25,666 nt of DNA from a candidate division WOR-3 bacterium. Lineage in GTDB: Bacteria; Hydrothermota; Hydrothermia; LBFQ01; DSFT01. The notes below the pieces were generated by a model. The model did no database searches. It saw only the letters and a program-made list of their open reading frames with translations, and was not told the DNA's origin. The stretch covers positions 1 to 25,666 of the forward strand of contig CBFGJN010000023.1 in assembly GCA_965649115.1 (NCBI GenBank), given 5' to 3'. Made by a program: the position numbers and the translations under genes. Shown here piece by piece: positions 8,413 to 18,538 of this stretch; the first letter of the stretch is position 1, and the number at the start of each line of letters is the position of its first letter.

Positions 8413-9743
8413 ATCACTTCTACCTCCTTTTAAAAACTTTAAGAGTTGATGCGTCTTTAAGATGTACTCCACCTCATCAAATTTTCTTGATAACTGATAG
8501 GCATTATTTTCATAATAAATAGCCCGAAATCCAATTGTAAATTCTTTAATTAAATTACTAATTTCAATAAAACTTTCATTAAATAATATAGCAAAAATAA
8601 ACTTACGATTTTCTGAATATCAACAAATTCAACAAGATAATAGAAATCACTTAAATTTTTTATAAGATAACCTTCATCATTTATAAAATTCCCAAAACTT
8701 CTTCTAATATCAATAATTTTTTGTTTAATTTTTTCAATCCTACCATTTGGAATATCCTTTATTAAAGCAAAAACTTTAAATTGTTGTTTGTTTTGTTCAT
8801 AGAACAAATAATTTAGTAAAACAAAATTATCATAATCTTCAAATTCCCTATATTCTTCAATCTTTTTTTCAAATTCCATATTAAAAAATTCAAATGGATT
8901 TTTATAAAATTTTATATATTCTGACCATTTTTCAAGTTTATTCTTATTTAATTTAGGTTCTTTTATAAATTCTGGAATTATTAAATAGTTAATACTTCCA
9001 ACTTTTGAACTAAATTTGTTTAAAATAAAACTTTGTCCCTTTATTAAAATTTTATAGCAATTTTCACATAAAGCGAAATTTCCTTGCCAATCATTTGAAA
9101 TGTTTTGAGAAAAACCCACTTTATCATTTATATAGATTTTCATTTTTAATCTTGAAAAATCAGTAAAAAATTTTTTTGTTTCTTTTGAACAAAAATGACA
9201 AATAATTTTACCCTTTTGAGATTTATCTTCCAAAACTTTCCTTTCAATTAATTTCAAATAGCTTTCATTATTATGAATATCTTCACCATCAATTTTTACC
9301 GCCCAAAATGCAATCTCTTTCTCTTTAATGTTATTTTGCTTTAAGTAATTTTCAATAGTTTCCTTATAATTATCTTTTAATAAATCTCCATCATAAAAAA
9401 TTTTTTCAACTTCTAAAATTTTCTGCTTTAATTCCATATCTTCTATCTCATCTTTAAGAGATGTCCAACGTGAATAGCTTTTGTTCTTTTCACCATAAAT
9501 CCTTTTTTTATCACCAAAAACGACAAATGGTTGTTTTTGACGACCAGTTAGGCTCATCTTTACAAAGTTATATTTATATTCATCACCTTGTGAGTACTCT
9601 TTTGATAATAAAGAAATTTTTTCATTTTTTGTATCAAAGTTTATTTCTATTATATATTTTTCTTTTCCATCAATTTCTTCAACAAATGAACTAACTACTT
9701 CTATATCATAATTTTTACCAATTTGGTATAATCCTTTTATCAT
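8008..9743 (-). pseudogene. cas8b: Type I-B Cas8b/Csh1 split by one frameshift (about 578 aa if repaired)
   Basis: ORF 9743-8550 has CHFC..LCENC Zn motifs and YLIIP. The second frame is open from about 8618 (FAILFNESFIEISNLIKEF..) into ORF 8472-8008 (FLLGVVIGKIG..Q..KPILEKVNFNGM). One extra base in the A5 run at 8593-8597 would join them. Confidence 0.85.
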
Positions 9744-9759
9744 AAAGTTTTAAAATTTT

Positions 9760-9784
9760 AAGGGGGGTTGACTTTTAAAAAATG
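9760..9784 (+). repeat. 25-bp direct repeat, copy 1
   Basis: AAGGGGGGTTGACTTTTAAAAAATG, identical to 12487-12511. Confidence 0.9.
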
Positions 9785-9931
9785 CTGTGTCTAGTAATTC
9801 TGGAAGCATAATTATTTCTTATTTTTCCCACCCGCCCTAAAATCAAGCCTTTGGCTTAAAAAAAAACCCCATCTTTTGCCCCCCACAAAAACTATAATTT
9901 TCTTAAAATTTTATTAGTTATTGATTATCAA
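9783..9931 (-). mobile_element. MITE copy lacking its left end, upstream of cas8b
   Basis: TGCTGTGTCTAGTAATTCTG end, TTTCCCACCCGCCCT, AAGCCTTTGGCTT, TTATTGATTATCAA. Confidence 0.82.
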
Positions 9932-9934
9932 TTA

Positions 9935-10735
9935 TTACAGCAAAAACAATTGTATCTTTTTTAAGATCTCATCATAGGTTATTTTTTGTCCTTTTTTGGT
10001 TACTTTTAGCTTCTTAAGTATTACTCCTCGTATATAGTTTAGATATTTTTCTTTGAAAATTATAAATCCATTTTCTAGTTTACCGAAATTCTCTTCAAAA
10101 ATGTGTAAAAGATTTTTATATTCGTTCTTCTTACTTTCTTTCACTCTTGAACTAGCAATTTTATTTTTTATCTCATCAACATCAATAACTAAATATGGTA
10201 CTTCCACAACGATATCCACATGGGTTTGTTGTTTTTTTGTAAATCTTCTCTCTGATGCTTCCCTTCTATATGACACTTTTTTAACTTGAATCGCAATTTT
10301 TATTTTGTTCAAGTCTAAAACTGCATCTATTCCCATCATATCTAACTCTGATGTGGATATTAACTTCTCATCAAATAATGCATTCCACAAATATTGAAAA
10401 TGAAATTGAGTTAAAATAGACATCCAAATCCTATATAGTCTTGCTTTGAATCCTTCCTCTACAAATTGTAATGAACAGCCATAAAAATACTTCTTTATAA
10501 AATCATAAATGTATGGATTTAGCTTCTCACTCCAATAAATTTTAAAGATCTCATCGTAATCTTTAAAATCAGTTGTGTTCCAATAATACCTGTAATATAT
10601 TTCAAGGGGTAATAAATCTTTTGGAAGATCTTGTTCTATGGTTTTAATACCTCTTAGATGTGCATATTTCTGTATGTTTATACCCTCGAGAAATATTTCA
10701 AATTTATTTAAATCTTCTTTCCAACTTCTTGACAT
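9935..10735 (-). CDS. TaqI-family type II restriction endonuclease (likely TCGA)
   Basis: IKTIEQDLP, FIKKYFYGCS..FVEEGFKARLYR, SILTQFHF..WNA, GIDA, IQVKK.SYR, LENGFIIF, all recognised from memory as R.TaqI-like segments. Confidence 0.88.
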   Translation of the reverse strand: MSRSWKEDLNKFEIFLEGINIQKYAHLRGIKTIEQDLPKDLLPLEIYYRYYWNTTDFKDYDEIFKIYWSEKLNPYIYDFIKKYFYGCSLQFVEEGFKARLYRIWMSILTQFHFQYLWNALFDEKLISTSELDMMGIDAVLDLNKIKIAIQVKKVSYRREASERRFTKKQQTHVDIVVEVPYLVIDVDEIKNKIASSRVKESKKNEYKNLLHIFEENFGKLENGFIIFKEKYLNYIRGVILKKLKVTKKGQKITYDEILKKIQLFLL

Positions 10736-12063
10736 AGCGACATTTTTTCCAAATTTTTTAATTCATCCTTTGTGGGCAATGGTAATAACTTTAACTGCGT
10801 TATACTAAAATGGTAAGTTATATCCCTGAAAACATCATTTACATATCTTTTGATAATCTCAGAGTTAAGAAATTTGACAACTTCTTCGTCAGTAAGATCA
10901 AACTTCGTATTAGTTAGCGTATGTTTCCTCAAAAGGTGATATACATCTCCCATCCAAGGATATGCTTTGTAATCATAAGCTGCTCCAATTTGCCTATTTC
11001 CTCTGAAACCTAAACTAACAACAATATGTGGTTTATTAAAGAATTTTCTTAATTTTGTCTTTTTATCAGCTTCAATCCAATATCCAGTAGTAGATTTATA
11101 TACAATTGCTCCAATTTTTAAATTTTTTCCGTTTAAAATTGGGAGCAAATTTTTATCTTCTATATGATCTTTGGATTTTATGACATTTGGGTTATGCTTT
11201 ATTTCTGGAGTTCGGGGGGAAATTCTTATATCGTAAATATCTCCGAGACGAAAACTACAAAGTTCATCTACTTTTTTACTAAATTCGGTAAAAAATAAAA
11301 TAATATCACCATTCCAACTATCATTTTGAGTTAGTAATTTCGGTTTCCCATTATCATAATCATATAGAAGCAACTTCCCCCTTTCAATTGCTGATTTTGT
11401 AAATTTCAACACTACCGTAGTAACATCTGCCTCGGGCTTAAAAACACTAGATCCCATATAAATGATTTCTGTTTTTCCATTCTTTGCTAAAAATTCACGC
11501 AATTTTTTGAATTCATCTAAAATCATAAATGTGGCAGGAACAATAAATATAAGTTGGCCTTTTTCGTTTAGTAATTTTATAGATTTCTCTATAAACGCAC
11601 CATAAACATTGTATTTTCCATGCCAAGTTTCATATATCTTCTTGTATTTTTCCTTAGTTTTATTATCAACTTTTATGGTGTAATGTTCTGATAGACTTGG
11701 TATGCCGTATGGTGGATTACCTAAAATTATATCAAAGAGTTTGTCTGTTTCCCACAGAAGATAGTCTTTATTGATAATCTCTATCGCTAGGGCAAGATCA
11801 TTCTTGCGAAGATATTCTGCTATTTCTTTGTTGATTTCTACTCCAATCCTGACAATTGCATTATCAAAAATGTGCTTTTTGTTCTTTTTTACTCCTAATA
11901 AAAATTGACACATTCCGCAGGCTGGTTCAAGAATGTGTATATCGGATGCTTTACCTAATCTCTCATCCTCTATCAAATCAACCATAAAATCAACAAGCCA
12001 CTCTGGGGTAAAAAATATTCCTAGGTCTTTTTTCACCTGCTTAATTTTCTCATTCATCATCAA
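10708..12063 (-). CDS. M.TaqI-like N6-adenine DNA methyltransferase (gamma class)
   Basis: FFTP..VDFMV, ILEPACG, GVEI, LLWE..FDIILGNPPYG, TWHGKYNVYGAFIEK, IVPAT, LREFLA..GKT; annotated start is TTG, with ATGs at 12060/12057 as alternatives. Confidence 0.92.
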   Translation of the reverse strand: MMMNEKIKQVKKDLGIFFTPEWLVDFMVDLIEDERLGKASDIHILEPACGMCQFLLGVKKNKKHIFDNAIVRIGVEINKEIAEYLRKNDLALAIEIINKDYLLWETDKLFDIILGNPPYGIPSLSEHYTIKVDNKTKEKYKKIYETWHGKYNVYGAFIEKSIKLLNEKGQLIFIVPATFMILDEFKKLREFLAKNGKTEIIYMGSSVFKPEADVTTVVLKFTKSAIERGKLLLYDYDNGKPKLLTQNDSWNGDIILFFTEFSKKVDELCSFRLGDIYDIRISPRTPEIKHNPNVIKSKDHIEDKNLLPILNGKNLKIGAIVYKSTTGYWIEADKKTKLRKFFNKPHIVVSLGFRGNRQIGAAYDYKAYPWMGDVYHLLRKHTLTNTKFDLTDEEVVKFLNSEIIKRYVNDVFRDITYHFSITQLKLLPLPTKDELKNLEKMSLCQEVGKKI

Positions 12064-12078
12064 AATATGGGCTTCAGC

Positions 12079-12303
12079 TCAGTTTTCTTCATGTTGACTT
12101 TGCCCCTTTTCTAATGATTCAAGCCTACTATTTACTTCATCAAATCTTTTATTCATTTCACTCCTAAACTCTTCAAACATTTCTATTAATTCCAATAACT
12201 CTCTTGTTAAAAGTAAAATTCTTAAATTTTCAAAGTAATCTGGTCTTTCTCTTAATAAGTTTAGTAAATCTTCAAATTTTCTTATGACATATTCTTTTTC
12301 CAT
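12079..12303 (-). pseudogene. Probable 5' fragment of a thermophile coiled-coil protein (family often ending in a PD-(D/E)XK domain)
   Basis: FEDLLNLLRERPDY.ENLR.LLLT.ELL followed by heptads (FEEFRSEMNKRFDEVNSRLESLE), ending abruptly; family assignment from memory. Confidence 0.5.
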
Positions 12304-12331
12304 AGTTCTGAAAGTTTAAAGGATAGAAAGT

Positions 12332-12420
12332 TGCTTTGTCTAGTAATTCTAAAAGTCCTTTTTTTCTATGTTTTTCCCACCCTAATAATAAGCCTACCGC
12401 TTTAAAATAGCCATTTTTAT
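12332..12420 (-). repeat. Degenerate MITE right half
   Basis: TGCTTTGTCTAGTAATTCT, TTTCCCACCCT, TAAGCCTACCGCTTTA. Confidence 0.72.
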
Positions 12421-12486
12421 GTCTTGTGGTCTTTACCCTCATAAAATCAATAGTTTCAAATAGATTTTTATTGAGCGAAGCATTAA

Positions 12487-12511
12487 AAGGGGGGTTGACT
12501 TTTAAAAAATG
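12487..12511 (+). repeat. 25-bp direct repeat, copy 2
   Basis: Identical to 9760-9784. Confidence 0.9.
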
Positions 12512-12523
12512 TACCTTTATAAT
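12495..12523 (+). promoter_or_regulatory. Near-consensus sigma70 promoter, leaderless
   Basis: TTGACT(12495)-17 nt-TATAAT(12518), then 7 nt to ATG 12531. Confidence 0.8.
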
Positions 12524-12530
12524 TTAAATT

Positions 12531-14003
12531 ATGATTTTAATCCTTTTAACTCAATCAACACATAGACTTGTTTGGATGTTTTATCCATCGCAGGATTGTG
12601 TAACCTGCCATAAAGTTCCTTCAATAAAACTTAACGATACTACCATTGTTGTTGGTGGTTTTCACTGGGATGGTAATTATAGAAGACCTTTCATTATTGC
12701 TTTTGATACTTTTTTTCAGACAAAATTCTATCGAGCATATACTTGGCCTTCAATAACAAACTTAACAAACTTTGCTATTACTGACATGGTTAAACTATCA
12801 GATTCAGAATTTGTTGCCGTAGGTGGTGCTTCAAATTTACTAAGTAATAATAGTTATGGTCAAGTTGTTAAATTCAAAGTTAATGGTCAGATAGATTGGT
12901 CAGTATATATTAATAATATTAATTTACTTACAGGTGTTGATTATGATGGTAATAACATTATTATCACGGGTATGCAAGGTGATAGAAATGGCAATGCTCA
13001 ACGTTTAATCAAACTCAGTTCAAATGGAAATATTATTCTTCACAAATCTTATTCTAACGGAGCAAGGTCTTCTATGGATTTAGCTTATAACAGGTTTACA
13101 AAATCTTATGTATTATTAGGAAGACAAGGAAACCATGTTATAAAGTTGGATACCTTAGGAAATGTTATTTGGTCATATAGATACCCATCAAATGTAAAGG
13201 AGCAACCTCAGTCTATAATTGTAGATGGTGAAGGAAATTATATCTTTGTAGGTCACTTAGGAAATGATGCTGGTCCATCTGATATTCAGCTTGTAAAGTT
13301 AAACCCAAATGGAACAATAATCTATCAGAAACGTTATACTTCAAATTTGGGAAATTCTGATGAAAGAGCTTACAATATCTCGCTAGATTTTGATGGCAAT
13401 TACCTTATAGCGGGATTCATAAGATTAAGTATAAATTCTTCAATGCCTTTCGCCATGAAAGTTAATAAAAATAATGGTAATTTGATTTGGGTTAGAGCTT
13501 GGATTTTAGCACCCGCTGGGTTTTCAAGTAATAAAGGTATGGGTATTTTAAGTGTAAACCCAAATGTTTATTTATTAAGTGGTTATATTGGAAGTGGTGC
13601 AGATGCAAGTGATAAAAGACATTACGAATAATTTTAGTACTTATGATTTAAACTATATACCTCAAAGCATAAATTTGTCAATTTCAAATATCTCCTCAAA
13701 TGCTTTAAATTTTTCTTTAAACCCTTATTCACCTTCTCTTATTGAAAATGATGTTGGTGGCTCTTGTGCTACACCTGTTGATGTACAAGAGCATTAAATG
13801 GTTCATTTTTAACGATAAGGTCAAAGGACAAACAGGATATAAGGTTAGTAATTTATAGTTCAGATGGTAAGGTGATTTATAAGAATGAATTTAGAAATGT
13901 TGAAGGTGTTTTAAATGAAAAAATTAAGCTAAATAATGGAATTTATATTCTAAAAGTCAATTATAAAAATAAGCAGAAAATTAAAATTATCTTTGTTCAA
14001 TAG
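12531..14003 (+). pseudogene. Secreted beta-propeller protein with a T9SS type A-like C-terminal sorting domain, broken by two frameshifts
   Basis: Repeats such as VIKLDTLGNVIWS and LVKLNPNGTIIYQKRY. Continues in a second frame (about 13610-13797) and a third, unlisted frame RALNGSFL..VIYSSDGKVIY..LNNGIYILKVNY..KIIFVQ* ending at 14003. Confidence 0.8.
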
Positions 14004-16794
14004 CTTTCAATTTTTCCTCTATTCTGAAATTCATATAGTTAATAAATTCTTGGTCATTTACTTTAACAATTTCAGATTTTAAATTATTTAGTAGTTTTTT
14101 AGCTTCATCAAATTTCTTTAAATTTATTAAATTATCTGCAATTTCCAAATCAACTTGATAAATTTGAATATAAACAAAATTATCTTTTAATGTTAAGGCT
14201 TGAAGGAATTTTTTACCAAATTCAAAAAACTTAATAGATTTTTCATAATCACCTCTTATTTTTAAAGCATTTGCTAATGAAAATGCCACTGTTGCATAAT
14301 TTCTATAAATTCTTTGATGATTTTCATCTTTATAAACACTCTCATCAAATATACTTCTATATCTGAAAATCGTATCCTTTAAGACTTTATATTTTTTAGC
14401 ATAATTTTCAATATAATCAATTGGGTCAAAATTTCCACTTAATAAATAAGCTGTTCTTTCAATGTTAATTGAAGAAAATTCTTCATTTGTATCCGATACA
14501 TAATCGTTATTTATGCGCCAAGCTAATCCTTCAAGAATAAATAATTTTTTGTAATCTCTATAAGCTTCAGGATCACAAGTAATTGAAAAATAAATAGGAA
14601 CTTTAAATTCCCTCCCAATTATAACTTCTCTTACAAATTTTTCACCATCTTCAAGGTAAATTTTTGGAATTTTAACAATTCCCTTTTCTGTTAAAACATT
14701 AACATATTCATTAGTTTTATAACCAACACTTGTTGCAATCATGTCCCTAATAGCTAAATCTCTTAATAATAAAAATCTATTATTAGAAATAGGAATAAAA
14801 ACAGGAAGTTTATCAATATCTTCATAACTGAAACTTATAGGAGCACCCCAACCTTTCAATTGTTTTATGTACCAATTTGTATTCAATAATGATAAATTAG
14901 CATTAAAGATATCTCTTCTATAACCTAAAACTTCCTGAACAAACCAAACAGGGAATGTATCATTATCACCATTTGTAAATAGCACAACACCATTTTTTGA
15001 AACGATCGGACTTGAAAGGATATTATAAGGAAAATCTTCAGCTATATAATTTTTATGTCTATCGTTATATTGCCAATTGTGTTTTATCATTGCAAAGACA
15101 ACTCCAAAAGAAAATAGCAAGCCTAAAATTGTTGAAATTATTTGAAATTTAATATATTTATTTATTATTCTTAAAACTTCTAATAATCCAAAACCACTAT
15201 AAAATATAATTGAAGCATAAAGTAGAACATAAAAGTACTCCCTATCTCTAACTTCCATTCTAACTTGACCTGTAATCATATCAGGTTGAGCATTTGCTGG
15301 ATTTACTGGAAGACTTGGAGCATCTGCTGGATTTTGGTAAATAAATAAGCCAATTACCGCAACTACTAACCCAAAGAAATATAACCAAAATAATTTCTTA
15401 TTTTCACTATAATTTACAAAAATTCCAATAATCATTAAACCTAATAAAATATATAAAATTGGAAGAAATTGTTCTCTTGTTATATATGGAATTGATATAA
15501 ACTGCCAAGAAGTATATGTCCATAAAACTGCTAATTGTTCAATTAAAGGAATTCTTCTTTCAAGAGGATTTGGAGGTCCATATTGTTTTCTTGTTAGCAT
15601 GTCCATAAATGCTAACCAATTTGATGGATCTCCTTCATTTATCCTAACTATTGGATTATTAGTTAAATAGTATGCTCTTGCTAATAGCCAAAATTCACAT
15701 ATAATAGCTAATAAAACTAACAATAATGCCACACCTTTCCAATTTTTGTAAAGCTTTGTATAAATAAAAAATAATATAAGAGCCAAAAAACCACTTATAC
15801 TTGCAAAAATAACATTATAAGTAAAATGAAAGAAAATACTACCTAAAATTGATATAATTATTAAATTTGAAAAAATGTTATTAAAATTAAGTTTTTTCAT
15901 TCTATAAAGTGTCCAAATAATTCCAAAATAACATAAAATTAAGATGAAGTTAAAAACAAAGATATTTCTACTCAATTTTGACATTTCATCAGAAATAGCA
16001 TAAGGATTAACTGATATTACATTGGCAGAATTTGAAAATTTTTGAAAGTTAATTAAAGCAGTTTCATAGTAATGATATTGTAGGATATTATAAGAATTAA
16101 ACCAAATTGCTAAAATTGCTATTCCAACTGACAAAACACCTAAAAAGTAATTGTCCCAAATTTGCTTTCTATAAAATATAGCAAGAAATAAGAATAATCC
16201 TATAAAACCAAACAATGATATCGCTTGAATTCCAGTTGCTACTGCCATTATATACGCTGCTAACAATAACCATTTAGCTTTATTCGTTTTAATATATAAA
16301 ATCACAAAATATATAGCTATTATATTTGAAACAAGAGCAGGTGTATAAGTTTCTGCCTCAATTGAATTAAACCATTGAGAATAGGTAAATGCTTGCGTTA
16401 AACCTACAAATGCCCCTGCTATATGAACCCAATAATTATTATATTGATTTTTAAATAAACTTACTCCCTCTACAAAAATTAAATAAAAGAAACCTGCCAT
16501 TAAACCACCACTTAAAATTGGAATTAATGTAACTCTTAGAACGAATTGATTTGCAGGATAACCTTGTAATAGTTCTTTTAATTCTTTAAGTGGTAATGGC
16601 AATAGTGAAAAGAATTTAGCAAGAAGAACATATAACGGTGTCCCAGGAGGATGGGGAATACCCAGATTATAGCTTGAAGCAAGGAATTCTCCAACATCCC
16701 AAAATACGACTGTTGGAGCAGTAGTTAAAAAATATATAAATGATACAAATAGCGTTATTAAACTAAAAATTAACCACTTTATGGAAATTTTCAT
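13987..16794 (-). CDS. DUF2723/TMEM260-like polytopic membrane glycosyltransferase with TPR-like C-terminus
   Basis: [69 protein letters not shown]. Confidence 0.88.
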   Translation of the reverse strand: MKISIKWLIFSLITLFVSFIYFLTTAPTVVFWDVGEFLASSYNLGIPHPPGTPLYVLLAKFFSLLPLPLKELKELLQGYPANQFVLRVTLIPILSGGLMAGFFYLIFVEGVSLFKNQYNNYWVHIAGAFVGLTQAFTYSQWFNSIEAETYTPALVSNIIAIYFVILYIKTNKAKWLLLAAYIMAVATGIQAISLFGFIGLFLFLAIFYRKQIWDNYFLGVLSVGIAILAIWFNSYNILQYHYYETALINFQKFSNSANVISVNPYAISDEMSKLSRNIFVFNFILILCYFGIIWTLYRMKKLNFNNIFSNLIIISILGSIFFHFTYNVIFASISGFLALILFFIYTKLYKNWKGVALLLVLLAIICEFWLLARAYYLTNNPIVRINEGDPSNWLAFMDMLTRKQYGPPNPLERRIPLIEQLAVLWTYTSWQFISIPYITREQFLPILYILLGLMIIGIFVNYSENKKLFWLYFFGLVVAVIGLFIYQNPADAPSLPVNPANAQPDMITGQVRMEVRDREYFYVLLYASIIFYSGFGLLEVLRIINKYIKFQIISTILGLLFSFGVVFAMIKHNWQYNDRHKNYIAEDFPYNILSSPIVSKNGVVLFTNGDNDTFPVWFVQEVLGYRRDIFNANLSLLNTNWYIKQLKGWGAPISFSYEDIDKLPVFIPISNNRFLLLRDLAIRDMIATSVGYKTNEYVNVLTEKGIVKIPKIYLEDGEKFVREVIIGREFKVPIYFSITCDPEAYRDYKKLFILEGLAWRINNDYVSDTNEEFSSINIERTAYLLSGNFDPIDYIENYAKKYKVLKDTIFRYRSIFDESVYKDENHQRIYRNYATVAFSLANALKIRGDYEKSIKFFEFGKKFLQALTLKDNFVYIQIYQVDLEIADNLINLKKFDEAKKLLNNLKSEIVKVNDQEFINYMNFRIEEKLKAIEQR

Positions 16795-17417
16795 TTTCTT
16801 TTCTTTATTACTTCATCTATCATTCCATATTCTTTTGCCTCAAAAGCAGACATATAATAATTTCTTTCTGTGTCTTTTTGAATTTTCTCATAGGATTGTC
16901 CAGTATGTTCAGAAAGGATTTTTATAAGCAAATCTTTTAATTTTAAAATTTCCTTTGCTTCAATTTCAATATCAGTTGCCTGTCCTTGAACACCACCCCA
17001 AGGTTGATGAATCATTATCCTTGCGTTCGGTAATGAGAACCTCTTGCCCTTTGCTCCTGCTGCCAATAAGACAGCTGCCATAGAAGCAGCCATTCCTATA
17101 CATATTGTTACAACATCAGGCTTTATATATTGTATTGTATCGTAAATTGCAAGTCCAGCCGTTACATAACCCCCAGGTGAATGAATATATAAGTTTATGT
17201 CTTTATCAGGATCCTCCGCTTCTAAAAATAAAAGTTGGGCAACGATTAAATTCCCTACATATTCATCAATTGCTGTCCCAAGAAAGACAATTCTGTCTTT
17301 AAGTAATCTTGAATATATATCATAAGCTCTTTCACCCCTTGCAGTTTGCTCAATAACATATGGAATGTAGTATTGGTCATAAATTTTTTTATATTTCTCA
17401 ATTTTGTGCTTTTTCAT
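16791..17417 (-). CDS. clpP: ATP-dependent Clp protease proteolytic subunit
   Basis: [38 protein letters not shown] (Ser), IMIHQP (His), DTERN; SD AGGAGG. Confidence 0.97.
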   Translation of the reverse strand: MKKHKIEKYKKIYDQYYIPYVIEQTARGERAYDIYSRLLKDRIVFLGTAIDEYVGNLIVAQLLFLEAEDPDKDINLYIHSPGGYVTAGLAIYDTIQYIKPDVVTICIGMAASMAAVLLAAGAKGKRFSLPNARIMIHQPWGGVQGQATDIEIEAKEILKLKDLLIKILSEHTGQSYEKIQKDTERNYYMSAFEAKEYGMIDEVIKKRK

Positions 17418-17427
17418 TTTTAACCTC

Positions 17428-18501
17428 CTATAATTTGACAGGCATTATAAGGTACTTTAAATTATCTTCTTCTGACTTTATCAAGACAGGCTGACTTTCT
17501 GAATAAATATAAATATAAATATCATCTTCCATTTCTTTTACAATCTCATAAAATCTTTTATAATGAAAATAAATTTCAACATTATCTCCATTATACTTTC
17601 CAAGTAAATTTGATTTAAATTCTTCTCCATCATCTGACATAGCAAAAATTGTTATAGATTTATCTATTTTTATTCCAAATGTTTCTGGATTTAAAGGTGA
17701 CATTGCTTTAAGCTTTGTTTCAATTTCATTTTTATGAACATATAATTCATTAGCAATTCCCTCAGGAAATATCGCATTATAGTCAGGATAAGGTCCAGAA
17801 ATTAGTCTTATATTCATAAAACCATTAGTAAATCCAATTACCATATAGTCCTCATTAAATCCAACCTCAATATTTTCATATTCAATTTCATCAAGGATTT
17901 TATAAACATCTTTTGGAATGATTGCTTGAAATTCTCCAAAATTTTCATCAAAATTTTCAGTATATAAACCTAATCTATAACTATCGGAAGCCACAAAATT
18001 TGCTAATTCCCCTTTATTATCCCACAAAATCCCCGATAAAAATAATCTATTTTCATCTTCACCAGTACAAAATTCAACCTTTGATAAACAATTTATAAGT
18101 CTTTTTCTTGAAATTCTGAACATTTTTAGATTTTCTCTCAAATCATTAACTTCAATATAATCATCTGGATTTAAAGTAGGAATTTTATAATAGGTTTCAT
18201 CAGAAGATATTTTTAGAGCATTATTAACCTCTTCAAAACTTATAATTGACGCTGAAGGAATATTCTTTAAAATTGAAATAAGTGTTGAGCCATTTACAAG
18301 AACTTTACCATCTTCACTATCATAAACATCTATTGAGACATTATATTGAATATCAGTGTTACAGGATGTAATATAAACACTATTTCCAGAAACTTCTAAA
18401 AGAACTGATTTAAGAATATCCAAGGATTTCCCTTTTGGTAAAATTTTATTTATAATAGGGATAACTTTTTCAATTTCTCTTTTTTCTATGGAAAATTTCA
18501 T
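17428..18501 (-). CDS. dnaN: DNA polymerase III beta sliding clamp
   Basis: 357 aa; [30 protein letters not shown]-terminal YLIMPVKL. Confidence 0.92.
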   Translation of the reverse strand: MKFSIEKREIEKVIPIINKILPKGKSLDILKSVLLEVSGNSVYITSCNTDIQYNVSIDVYDSEDGKVLVNGSTLISILKNIPSASIISFEEVNNALKISSDETYYKIPTLNPDDYIEVNDLRENLKMFRISRKRLINCLSKVEFCTGEDENRLFLSGILWDNKGELANFVASDSYRLGLYTENFDENFGEFQAIIPKDVYKILDEIEYENIEVGFNEDYMVIGFTNGFMNIRLISGPYPDYNAIFPEGIANELYVHKNEIETKLKAMSPLNPETFGIKIDKSITIFAMSDDGEEFKSNLLGKYNGDNVEIYFHYKRFYEIVKEMEDDIYIYIYSESQPVLIKSEEDNLKYLIMPVKL

Positions 18502-18538
18502 AGTTTTGAAATTTTAAAGGATTTAAAATTTTTCTTTG

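Noticed and set aside
9461..9694. 77-aa + ORF
   Set aside because: Antisense to cas8b
10053..10289. 78-aa + ORF
   Set aside because: Antisense to the restriction endonuclease gene
12079..12303. R-M controller (C) protein
   Set aside because: Coiled-coil pattern with no XRE helix-turn-helix motif
13579..13797. 72-aa ORF as an independent gene
   Set aside because: Middle fragment of the frameshifted T9SS-type gene
17105..17302. 65-aa + ORF
   Set aside because: Antisense to clpP
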